A stretch of 64,000 nt of DNA from a virus. Location: the IMG/VR virus record IMGVR_UViG_3300019754_000001, positions 1-64,000 of that record. One strand, written 5' to 3'. The notes beneath the pieces are model-generated. The model worked only from the letters and a program-made list of their open reading frames with translations. It was not told where the DNA came from and searched no databases. Shown here piece by piece: positions 1 to 7,419 of the stretch. How positions within the stretch are numbered: the stretch's first letter is position 1; the number at the start of each line of letters is the position of its first letter. The translations under genes were made by a program, and so were the position numbers.

Positions 1-148
1 AAGTTGAAGATTTAAGAAAGTATATACATGGAAACATGTTAATCCCTCGCGCACATATATTGTTTGATTTGATTTGATTTAATACTGCGCGTATACTTTC
101 TATGACAAGGGGGTAAATATAAAAAAAATAATATGGAATACTTATAGC

Positions 149-188
149 ACTTACCCTCAGTAAAGATTGAGCTGGGGGTAAGTTTTTT
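149..188 (+). terminator. Rho-independent terminator
   Basis: Stem ACTTACCCTCAG/CTGGGGGTAAGT followed by a T-tract. Confidence 0.7.
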
Positions 189-194
189 ATCAAC

Positions 195-291
195 GAGGTC
201 TCGCTAACTACTTGAGGAAAAGAGTAGATTAGCCGGGTGTAAAGCTTCTTCATTGAAGTATAAACTTAGGTTCGAGTCCTGAGGAGGCCGC
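195..291 (+). ncRNA. tRNA-like RNA or degenerate tRNA
   Basis: Canonical T-arm CTTAGG-TTCGAGT-CCTGAG (265-283); acceptor-like pairing of 195-202 with 284-291; extended D-like hairpin 203-233; no pairable anticodon stem. Confidence 0.5.
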
Positions 292-294
292 TTA

Positions 295-374
295 GTTTTG
301 CGATGTTTCACAAACATTACTGGTTTGCCAACTACCAGTGTCGAAAGACAAGTCCGAAAGGATATATAAGTTGG
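295..374 (+). ncRNA. Putative pseudoknotted structured RNA
   Basis: Hairpins 303-317 and 319-339; two GAAA-tetraloop hairpins 339-350 and 352-363; loop CCAACT (328-333) complementary to AGTTGG (369-374). Confidence 0.4.
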
Positions 375-406
375 AGGGGTGGGGGGTGTCCCCCAGCCCT
401 TATCCA

Positions 407-478
407 GTCCCCATAGTTCAATGGATAGAACAAAGGTTTCCTAAACCTTAGATTCGAGTTCGAGTCTCGGTGGGGGCA
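407..478 (+). tRNA. tRNA-Arg(CCT)
   Basis: Cloverleaf; acceptor GTCCCCA/TGGGGGC; anticodon arm AAGGT-TTCCTAA-ACCTT; T-loop TTCGAGT. Confidence 0.95.
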
Positions 479-512
479 CAAATTAGATATTAATTAATAA
501 AAGAAAGAAGAG

Positions 513-926
513 ATGAAGATTAGAAAAATTAAACAAGGCAAGGCCTTCTGGGCAATGTTTAAAATAGCTGTTGCTTTACTAACAACAGCCGTAGCCTTCT
601 CGATAAAGGCAGTTGGACAACCAAGTCTCTCACAAGTAACTTCCGAGTATCTTGCTGGAGCTGTCTATATGACATCCTTTCAGGGAGAAATTAAGAAAGG
701 AGAGACTGCGATGGGTAGATTTACCCTCACACAAGGCACATTTAAAGTGTCTTTACTGCTATTTGACGGAGATGAATTAATCTCCAAAGAAGAGCATATA
801 GTAATGAATAATATGAAAGGGTATAAACCTACAAGCTATAACATTACTAACACGGTAACCAGAAAGGCTACTTATTTTATAATTTTAACTTATTTGAAAA
901 ATGAAACAATCAGGAAAACCAATTGA
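513..926 (+). CDS. Hypothetical protein with N-terminal signal peptide or TM segment
   Basis: Basic N-terminus, hydrophobic stretch, beta-rich body. Confidence 0.6.
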   Translation: MKIRKIKQGKAFWAMFKIAVALLTTAVAFSIKAVGQPSLSQVTSEYLAGAVYMTSFQGEIKKGETAMGRFTLTQGTFKVSLLLFDGDELISKEEHIVMNNMKGYKPTSYNITNTVTRKATYFIILTYLKNETIRKTN

Positions 927-1251
927 AAAGTTTATAAATAAAGACATAAAAGTAGGAGATACTGTATATCTAAAAGACGGTTCCGCCCTTACAGATATTA
1001 AAGGCGTTGAACGCTATATAGTCCACGCTTATAAAGATATTACTGGTATTGATTTACCGTTAAAGCAGATACCGGCTGAAGTAATAGAAATAGATCAACA
1101 GTATGCATGTGATGGTTATTCTTGTTATTACCTACAAGATATTAAAATAAAGGTAGGTAAAGGCTTATTCAGGACAGCGAGTAAGTTCGTATTTAAACCT
1201 GAAAAGAAAGTAACCTCTTATGTAATAATTGAATTTATAAATATACCATAA
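901..1251 (+). CDS. Hypothetical phage protein
   Basis: ORF overlapping the previous gene, typical coding-strand purine bias. Confidence 0.7.
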   Translation: MKQSGKPIEKFINKDIKVGDTVYLKDGSALTDIKGVERYIVHAYKDITGIDLPLKQIPAEVIEIDQQYACDGYSCYYLQDIKIKVGKGLFRTASKFVFKPEKKVTSYVIIEFINIP

Positions 1252-1264
1252 ATATATGATATAA

Positions 1265-1338
1265 GCTCCACTAGCTTAATTGGATAGGGCAACAGCCTTC
1301 TAAGCTGTAGGTTAAAGGTTCGAATCCTTTGTGGGGCA
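1265..1338 (+). tRNA. tRNA-Arg(TCT)
   Basis: Acceptor GCTCCAC/GTGGGGC; anticodon arm ACAGC-CTTCTAA-GCTGT; GGTTCGAATCC. Confidence 0.95.
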
Positions 1339-1361
1339 CTTTGCTAATTAAATTAAAAATT

Positions 1362-1586
1362 ATGTTTATAGGAGAAGATGAATACGGAAAGGTATTATGC
1401 TATACCGAAAAGAGACAATACTCTTTTAAACCAAGCACAGAATTATTTACATATTCAAAGTACATTTATCTAAAGTGCTCTTTTAAACAAGCTTTAGAGA
1501 ATAAGGAACTTATTAATAAATTATATCCTTTACTTAGCACATCTTCTTTATGTGCAGGTAAAGTAATAAGAGAAAAAGAAATATAA
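1362..1586 (+). CDS. Hypothetical protein (start moved to ATG 1362 because 1329 overlaps the tRNA)
   Basis: A-rich leader before ATG; coupled to the next ORF. Confidence 0.6.
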   Translation: MFIGEDEYGKVLCYTEKRQYSFKPSTELFTYSKYIYLKCSFKQALENKELINKLYPLLSTSSLCAGKVIREKEI

Positions 1587-1804
1587 TGTTACAATCAGAA
1601 CTAAAACCTGGAGATAATGTTCATTACCAGCCAGAACACTTTGAGGAAAATGAATTTGAGAATGGTATAATAAAAGAGATACCAGAACATACTACAGAAG
1701 CCGTAAAAGTAGTATATAGCTGTGCTGGAGAATGGCATAGGTACGAAGAGTTCACATCGGCATTAACTAACCTTCGAGACCTTAAGAAAGGGTGGAGAAG
1801 TTAA
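1586..1804 (+). CDS. Hypothetical SH3-like small phage protein
   Basis: LKPGDNVHY...NGIIK...VKVVY pattern; TAATG coupling. Confidence 0.65.
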   Translation: MLQSELKPGDNVHYQPEHFEENEFENGIIKEIPEHTTEAVKVVYSCAGEWHRYEEFTSALTNLRDLKKGWRS

Positions 1805-1815
1805 TATGTAAAGAT

Positions 1816-1941
1816 ATGGAACAAGCAAAACAAAGAATAGAAATATCAAATGATATCTTTATAGAAGTGGGAGGTAAGAAAAGATACCTTCATTTTGTAA
1901 TTGATCGATACGGACACACGATGTGTCAGTATTATAAATAA
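1816..1941 (+). CDS. Small hypothetical protein (41 aa, not in ORF track)
   Basis: MEQAKQRIEISND...QYYK* fills the gap before the tRNA. Confidence 0.45.
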   Translation: MEQAKQRIEISNDIFIEVGGKKRYLHFVIDRYGHTMCQYYK

Positions 1942-1947
1942 CAACAA

Positions 1948-2022
1948 GCGCCCCTAGCTCAATTTGGTTAGAGCAAATGACTCATAATCATTAGGTTTCA
2001 GGTTCAAGTCCTGAGGGGCGCA
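1948..2022 (+). tRNA. tRNA-CAT (Ile2 or elongator Met)
   Basis: Acceptor GCGCCCC/GGGGCGC; anticodon arm AATGA-CTCATAA-TCATT; GGTTCAAGTCC. Confidence 0.9.
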
Positions 2023-2027
2023 CATAT

Positions 2028-2100
2028 TGCGAGGAAGTGTAGTTGGTTGCATGACGGGCTCATATCCCGTAGGTAAGAGGTTCGATTCCTCTCCTCGCTA
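2028..2100 (+). tRNA. tRNA-fMet(CAT), initiator type
   Basis: Anticodon stem ACGGG/CCCGT with three consecutive G-C pairs; 1:72 mismatch (T:T). Confidence 0.88.
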
Positions 2101-2145
2101 CAACGCATCAAAAGATGCACATTTATTAACTTAAAATACAAACAG

Positions 2146-2418
2146 ATGGAACCAAGAGAATTAGTAAATTTCGAAAGTAATATAAACAAGCATAGAAGTC
2201 TATTAGGTCTTGTCTTATTTCACCTAGATGAAGTGGGAGTTAAGTTTAAAAACCTAACGGACGCCAAAAAGAAACTAGCCAAAGCTAGTAATCTTATAAA
2301 AGAGGCTGAGAACCTCATAGATGAGTCCTATCTTTATATTTTATTGGTAGATAAATATTCTAACTTTAAAATATCGAAAGAAAATTTAATGGAGGAATTA
2401 AGTAAAATAAAACTATAG
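2146..2418 (+). CDS. Hypothetical protein
   Basis: ORF in tightly packed + operon. Confidence 0.7.
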   Translation: MEPRELVNFESNINKHRSLLGLVLFHLDEVGVKFKNLTDAKKKLAKASNLIKEAENLIDESYLYILLVDKYSNFKISKENLMEELSKIKL

Positions 2419-2814
2419 ATGGAACAAGGAGAAAGTCCCTATAATAGGGTAGCTATAAGAGGCATCAATAGCCTCTTAAAGTTAGACTTCAAGACTGATG
2501 AAGGTGTTTATGTAAAACGTAAATACAACAACCAGTTTTTTCCTATGAAAGAAGTTGAAAAAATAATTCCTGCCTTTCATATTACGAAAGAGAAGGAACG
2601 GAAAAAGGCTGAATGGGTAGAAAGAAATAAACCCAAAACGCCATTTGAAACAGAATTAGAGTTGATGCATAGTAAGATGTATGAGCTTTTAATCTCAGGA
2701 ACTACTAAAGGAGTATATAAACTCCTTAACGAAATAAAAATAAGGCAAAAAGAGCACGCCTGTGAAGAAGCTCTCAATGATTATCTAATAAGTAGAAAAT
2801 GGAAACTGTTTTAG
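2419..2814 (+). CDS. Hypothetical protein
   Basis: Abuts the previous stop codon. Confidence 0.7.
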   Translation: MEQGESPYNRVAIRGINSLLKLDFKTDEGVYVKRKYNNQFFPMKEVEKIIPAFHITKEKERKKAEWVERNKPKTPFETELELMHSKMYELLISGTTKGVYKLLNEIKIRQKEHACEEALNDYLISRKWKLF

Positions 2815-3071
2815 GAGAACCAATTAAAGAAGATACAGTAGCGATATTGTACCTTTGCAAATTCAACAAAACGTTGAATACGATGTCTGTAAAGTATGAA
2901 GCTCAATTTAACAACAGATCCAGTGCGCTACAGTCTTACGCCAACATTCCAAATCCAGAAAGTCAATTGGTTACGGGAAAAACAAGAGAGGAGTTGAAAA
3001 ATAATCTGAAAAGATTACATGACAACATGAAAGACCCAGAGTGGTTAGAAGACCTTAGAGACTGTATATGA
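2799..3071 (+). CDS. Hypothetical protein (start may be the internal ATG at 2883)
   Basis: ORF; ATGA coupling with the next gene. Confidence 0.65.
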   Translation: METVLGEPIKEDTVAILYLCKFNKTLNTMSVKYEAQFNNRSSALQSYANIPNPESQLVTGKTREELKNNLKRLHDNMKDPEWLEDLRDCI

Positions 3072-3349
3072 GAAATAAGAAACTCATAAAAAAGATAATT
3101 AAGGCGGAAGCATTAGCTACCATCTTAGATAAAAATGCTCTTTTAGAGGAGGTAGTAACCAACTTTAAAAAAAGAGGGGAGGCCAATGGTTATAAGATTG
3201 ACTTTGTAACCATAGAAAGAAGAGATGATAAAGTATTTGTTACTTTAGAGTCCAGGAGTTTAATAATGTGTTCAACAATTGAAAATAACATGTTTAAGTA
3301 TCTTAGTGGTGCTGAAAACATATTTAAAAAAGTAATAGGATGGATATAG
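3068..3349 (+). CDS. Hypothetical protein
   Basis: Coupled ORF. Confidence 0.7.
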   Translation: MRNKKLIKKIIKAEALATILDKNALLEEVVTNFKKRGEANGYKIDFVTIERRDDKVFVTLESRSLIMCSTIENNMFKYLSGAENIFKKVIGWI

Positions 3350-3687
3350 AAGAAATCTTAACAAAAGCCTCCAATGGACAACTAATATTGGCTGGGGGAG
3401 GGTATCTTATCTTACTAATATGCTTAGGGCTGTGGTGGATTAAAGATAGCAAAGAAAAACAAGCTAAACGCAAGATTATAGCAATCAAGCGTGAAGCTTA
3501 CGCATATATGCTTAAAGGGTGGACATTGACAAATGCACACTTTTGGGATGCGGCTTGTATAAGCTATAATCCCAAGAGTAGACAAGTAGAAGACGAAACA
3601 GGAGAATTTGTTCACTTTTGGAGCGATGATTACTTTCCTGGAGTTGAATGGGAACTTATAGATGATGGAGGACTGTGTAATGAATAA
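3340..3687 (+). CDS. Membrane-anchored hypothetical protein, paralog of the next gene
   Basis: N-terminal TM; C-terminal EAYxYML.G...TN..F...FW..DY.P.V.WE domain. Confidence 0.7.
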   Translation: MDIEEILTKASNGQLILAGGGYLILLICLGLWWIKDSKEKQAKRKIIAIKREAYAYMLKGWTLTNAHFWDAACISYNPKSRQVEDETGEFVHFWSDDYFPGVEWELIDDGGLCNE

Positions 3688-3871
3688 GAAAGAGGCATAC
3701 GAATATATGTTAGCCGGAGGGTTAATAACAAACATGTATTTTAGTAGAGATGAATTTCTATTCATAAGTCCTGAAAGTGATAGGATAGAGAAGGAGGATG
3801 GTTATCATATGGATAACTTCTGGGACTCGGACTACTTACCAACTGTAAAATGGGAAAAATATGAAGACTAA
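3680..3871 (+). CDS. Hypothetical protein, soluble paralog of the 3340-3687 C-terminal domain
   Basis: MNKKEAYEYMLAGG...FWDSDYLPTVKWE. Confidence 0.7.
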   Translation: MNKKEAYEYMLAGGLITNMYFSRDEFLFISPESDRIEKEDGYHMDNFWDSDYLPTVKWEKYED

Positions 3872-4046
3872 AAGAAAAATGCCAATTGGGGAGCTATTGG
3901 GGAAGATGTTCCTTATAACCTCTGTGATAGTTGAAACTACACTGTTAGGGTTAATTATATATGACTGGGATAAGTATGGGGAGATTGCATTTGTAACCTC
4001 ACTCATAGTTATAGTTATAGACGTAGTGTTATTTAAACAAAAGTAA
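3861..4046 (+). CDS. Small 2-TM membrane protein
   Basis: Two hydrophobic segments. Confidence 0.6.
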   Translation: MKTKRKMPIGELLGKMFLITSVIVETTLLGLIIYDWDKYGEIAFVTSLIVIVIDVVLFKQK

Positions 4047-4051
4047 TAAAC

Positions 4052-4193
4052 AGCCATAGAAGAAGACAGTAATTTTGAAAACTGACTAATCCTCGCGCAA
4101 CATTCAACACCTAAGACACAAGAGAGTGTAGAGGTAAAGAGAATTTCGCCGGAGGATTGAGCAGTGTGTAAAATTTAAGTCTATCTCTATGGC
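4052..4193. repeat. Inverted pair of the dispersed ~50-bp bipartite element (copies A 4052-4100 and B 4142-4193)
   Basis: AGCCATAGAAGAAGAC-N20-AATCCTCGCG and the reverse-complement copy GCCATAGAGATAGAC-N20-AATCCTCCGGCG. Confidence 0.85.
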
Positions 4194-4206
4194 AAATTAA
4201 TACAAG

Positions 4207-4368
4207 ATGCTTGATAGAACAAATCCAACTAATCCAGTCTTCAAGAAAGGAAGATTTAAAGGCAGCAGTGTAAGATATGTATGTGAACAGCATCTTTGGT
4301 ACATAATTAGCATGTTGAATGCTGGGGCTATTCACTTATACGATTTGCCTAAGGGATTTAAATTATAA
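4207..4368 (+). CDS. Small protein (53 aa, not in ORF track) with an F..G..KG..V......Y motif (DUF3820/ExoX C-terminal-like)
   Basis: MLDRTNPTNPVFKKGRFKGSSVRYVCEQHLWYIISML... Confidence 0.55.
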   Translation: MLDRTNPTNPVFKKGRFKGSSVRYVCEQHLWYIISMLNAGAIHLYDLPKGFKL

Positions 4369-4387
4369 ACAATAGAAAAAAGAAAAG

Positions 4388-4582
4388 ATGGAAGCAAAGT
4401 ACAAAATATTAATAATAACAATAGCTATACTAATGGCATTATTTTATGCTATTTTTAGCTTTGTTCTGGGGAGCATTTACTTCTTAGAATGGGGACTAGT
4501 TGCAAGAATTATATACATTGTAATAATGACAGTATTTATTACTATAGTGTGTAAACAATGGGGGGAGCGTTATGAAAAGTAG
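4388..4582 (+). CDS. 2-TM membrane protein (holin-like topology)
   Basis: Two TM helices and a charged C-terminus. Confidence 0.55.
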   Translation: MEAKYKILIITIAILMALFYAIFSFVLGSIYFLEWGLVARIIYIVIMTVFITIVCKQWGERYEK

Positions 4583-4793
4583 TGCTAGAAACCTATTCGA
4601 GTGGCTATGGCCATTCATAGTAATAATTTTCATTATGACATTTGTTAGTTGTGGGGAAGAGGAAACAACCCAACTTGACAGGGTTGAGATTAAAACCGAG
4701 ATAATAATGGAGGAAGCTCTTCATATCGAGAATAAGATAAACAAAATGAAGAGCCAACTAGATTCAATAGACAATTATGTTAAAAAAAATTGA
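4572..4793 (+). CDS. Putative lipoprotein with coiled coil
   Basis: Hydrophobic signal ending in lipobox FVS-C, acidic GEEE after the Cys, heptad-like C-terminus. Confidence 0.6.
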   Translation: MKSSARNLFEWLWPFIVIIFIMTFVSCGEEETTQLDRVEIKTEIIMEEALHIENKINKMKSQLDSIDNYVKKN

Positions 4794-5565
4794 TCCAAAA
4801 AGAAACCTCCTTGTGCAACTTGCAAGAGGGGAAGAAGTATTAATACCTTTAAACAAAAAGAAGGCATTAAAGCATGTCGGAATACTAATGGGATTTATAC
4901 TCCTGTTATTTTCATTTGAAACAACACCAAATGGGAATACATACGTAAGGACTTCTTTTACTGTTGAAAGCGATACAGTAGAAAAAGTAAGATTGGAAGC
5001 TCAAGAGTTATTAAAACTCGGAGCTGATAATTATACGCATGCAGCTGAGCTACTAGTAACTCATAAACATGTGATAGATAGCAACACACATATATTTCCA
5101 AACATGCCTACAGAGGACATCTTTGCAGTTATGTGTGCAATCTTTATGTCCGAAAGTAAGGACAAAAGGTTAAATAAGCCTGGAACCTCAACAGCCTACA
5201 TTAGTGGGTATAACGGTTGGGGAATGAAATGTGGCTCCAATTGGAAAGGAGAAGCTACGTATACTGGATATTGGGAAATTGTCAAAGGAAAAAGAGTCGA
5301 TTTCAAGAAAGGTGAGGGTGGTAGAGCCAACGCGTGGAGAGCTTTCGATTCTTTAGAAGAAGCTATGCTAAGCTGGTTCGATCTTGTATCTAAGAAAAGA
5401 TATGAGACAGCAAGGCAGGCCAAATCAGCTGAAGATTGTGTAGAAGAACTTGTTTCTGCAGGTTACGCAACAAGTCCCCGTACCTCCAAGATGTGGAGGG
5501 ATATAATGCGAAAGTACCCCTTTAGGGAGGTATATTTAGAAACTAATACTAAATCTACGAAATAG
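4777..5565 (+). CDS. GH73 glucosaminidase (FlgJ-like) peptidoglycan hydrolase with TM anchor
   Basis: MSES catalytic Glu, YNGWGMK, RAFDSLEE and GYATSP motifs; hydrophobic segment at aa ~33-47. Confidence 0.85.
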   Translation: MLKKIDPKRNLLVQLARGEEVLIPLNKKKALKHVGILMGFILLLFSFETTPNGNTYVRTSFTVESDTVEKVRLEAQELLKLGADNYTHAAELLVTHKHVIDSNTHIFPNMPTEDIFAVMCAIFMSESKDKRLNKPGTSTAYISGYNGWGMKCGSNWKGEATYTGYWEIVKGKRVDFKKGEGGRANAWRAFDSLEEAMLSWFDLVSKKRYETARQAKSAEDCVEELVSAGYATSPRTSKMWRDIMRKYPFREVYLETNTKSTK

Positions 5566-5566
5566 C

Positions 5567-5734
5567 ATGTTCAAATTTATTGTAAAGTGGATAACAGGCG
5601 ATAAGACCTACACCCACACAATACGCTCAAGTTCGAACAACTTCTCCGAAAGAAGAGGGAAACGAACAAGATGCTCCTATAAAAGGGGAACTCTCGAAGG
5701 TTCTACGCGAACCAAAAGAGGTTAATACGGCATA
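5567..5734 (+). CDS. Small hypothetical protein (55 aa, not in ORF track)
   Basis: MFKFIVKWITGDK...EVNTA* immediately after the previous stop. Confidence 0.5.
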
Positions 5735-5782
5735 GCCCAACCGCCGATAGTGTTGGGCACTTACATCTTAATATATAAAGAG

Positions 5783-6016
5783 ATGGCAAATAGAGAATAT
5801 ACTGAAGCATCGGTATTGAAGGTTCTAAAGAACCATGGAATTATGCCTAAAAATGGCATGTTCGACTTTTCTACACAAATAGTGGAAAAGAAAATAAAAA
5901 CCCCACTTGGCGATAAAATAGTCAAGAAAGAGTTTACACCAAAACAACCAGGAATAAAACTACTCGGCAAGATTAGTTTCTTGGTAAACTATTGTGGATT
6001 TACAGCAAGATGGTAG
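5783..6016 (+). CDS. Hypothetical protein (GIKLLGKISFLVNYCGF motif)
   Basis: ATG 5783 has an A-rich leader. Confidence 0.7.
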   Translation: MANREYTEASVLKVLKNHGIMPKNGMFDFSTQIVEKKIKTPLGDKIVKKEFTPKQPGIKLLGKISFLVNYCGFTARW

Positions 6017-6738
6017 AGGCTGTAAAAACATGCAAGCGGTTAGATGAATCTACGTTTGCATATAATTATTACAAAACAATAGAAGAAAAAGTAGAAGTTT
6101 TTGTAGAGTTATACAAGAAGGCAGTAATGTATTCTTATGACTTCCTAAAAAAGGGAAGAATGACAGATTACCAAATTAGGAGATTTAAGGATGGTGATTG
6201 GAGCTATGTTGAGAAGCATTGCAGAGCACTCAAGGACTATACAGACAAAAAGACCGGAGAAAAGGTTGAAGGTATCTATACAAAGATGCGCTCAATTGAA
6301 AGCTTTAACTTGTTTGTTCCAAAGTTCAAGTTTGACTACACCTCAATAGACACATTAGTAGAATCTTTAGATAGTCTAAGGATTTTAATAATGAATAGAG
6401 AGGTTATAGTTAAAATAAAAGGGCATCCAATGCAAAAGGAAATGTTAGGGTTTCTAACAGAAGAGCCCTGCTTAGACCATACTTTGCTTAACAGCAAGAG
6501 AGCGGATTCTTTCAAGTACTCGGAAGAGTGGCTACCAGAGAATCAGCCTACAGTTGCTTTAAAAGTAAAGGTTAAAGAAGTACCGGTAGAGGAAGAAGAA
6601 GATGTAATAACTTACTTAGGCTCCTCAAGAATACAAAGAGTCGTAGAAGAAGACCTATTCAAGAACACCAACACCTTCGGATTACCTGAGGGAGAGTTAG
6701 CCAAACTGGCTAAAATACTTAAAAGATTTAATAAATAA
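6010..6738 (+). CDS. Hypothetical protein
   Basis: Long ORF coupled to the previous gene. Confidence 0.75.
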   Translation: MVEAVKTCKRLDESTFAYNYYKTIEEKVEVFVELYKKAVMYSYDFLKKGRMTDYQIRRFKDGDWSYVEKHCRALKDYTDKKTGEKVEGIYTKMRSIESFNLFVPKFKFDYTSIDTLVESLDSLRILIMNREVIVKIKGHPMQKEMLGFLTEEPCLDHTLLNSKRADSFKYSEEWLPENQPTVALKVKVKEVPVEEEEDVITYLGSSRIQRVVEEDLFKNTNTFGLPEGELAKLAKILKRFNK

Positions 6739-6742
6739 TAAT

Positions 6743-7315
6743 ATGCTTGTAGAACAATTAATAAAATCAACTTCAGAAATGGAACAATTGAGTATTTTAA
6801 CAGGACACTTAGACTACCTCCAAGGTAAGACAGAAGAGCCTACAATGAAAGGAGAAGGAGTATTTATGAGGGAGCCTGAAAAGGATAAACACCCAGCAGA
6901 AAATAAGCGATACATTACGCAAAGAGATTTTGCAATCAATCGTTTGAACAGCTCAATTGGTAGACGTAAGGTTGCCAATGGTGACTTTTCAGAGTTTGCA
7001 TTATTTGCATTCCCCAGAGTGGTACGTCCAACAATTGTTGGTGGAGAAGCTTTGAATATTAGGAAGACTAATTTTAAAGCACCTTGCATTCGTATTACCT
7101 CAGAGAATGGGTATTACGAGCAAAGCAATCCATTCAATGAAGCTCTTTCAAAGGCTGTTGAGGAAGTTATGGCTAAAGGAGAAATGAAAGTATTAGACTC
7201 TTTTGAGTTTACATACATTGACCCTAAGAATAATGCCTATACGTATTTTTACAACATTGTCGCAGAAGTCGACAAAAAAACTAAGAAATATAACTTAGGA
7301 AAAAAATCCCGATAG
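6743..7315 (+). CDS. Hypothetical protein
   Basis: Long ORF followed by a terminator. Confidence 0.75.
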   Translation: MLVEQLIKSTSEMEQLSILTGHLDYLQGKTEEPTMKGEGVFMREPEKDKHPAENKRYITQRDFAINRLNSSIGRRKVANGDFSEFALFAFPRVVRPTIVGGEALNIRKTNFKAPCIRITSENGYYEQSNPFNEALSKAVEEVMAKGEMKVLDSFEFTYIDPKNNAYTYFYNIVAEVDKKTKKYNLGKKSR

Positions 7316-7325
7316 GGTAGCCAAT

Positions 7326-7403
7326 AGAGGCAATTAGAACATGATAGATAGTATATGCTTTTTAGTATATGCTTTTATTGTATTTTAGTTGCCTCTTTTT
7401 TTT
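7326..7403 (+). terminator. Terminator with a long loop containing a 14-bp tandem repeat
   Basis: AGAGGCAATT/AGTTGCCTCT stem plus T-tract; TAGTATATGCTTTT x2 (7349-7376). Confidence 0.65.
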
Positions 7404-7419
7404 CTTTAAATTACTGATA

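Noticed and set aside
63-80. TTTGA microsatellite (about 3 copies)
   Set aside because: Too short in an AT-rich context to support an iteron call.
195-406. tmRNA, standard or permuted
   Set aside because: No G3-U70 alanine determinant and no tag ORF, and the region is too short.
2850-2857. TACCTTTG -7 box upstream of ATG 2883
   Set aside because: No TTTG at -33 spacing; too weak to call as a promoter.
5735-5787. Hairpin GCCCAAC/GTTGGGC with a CCGCCG loop and downstream ATGGC
   Set aside because: It is a plausible small intergenic hairpin but lacks GATT and TCTATGG, so it is not a motif copy; it has no U-tract either.
6639-6682. AGTCGTAGAAGAAGAC, similar to box 1 of the element
   Set aside because: The second box is absent at the required spacing; the match is likely driven by Val-Glu-Glu-Asp codons.
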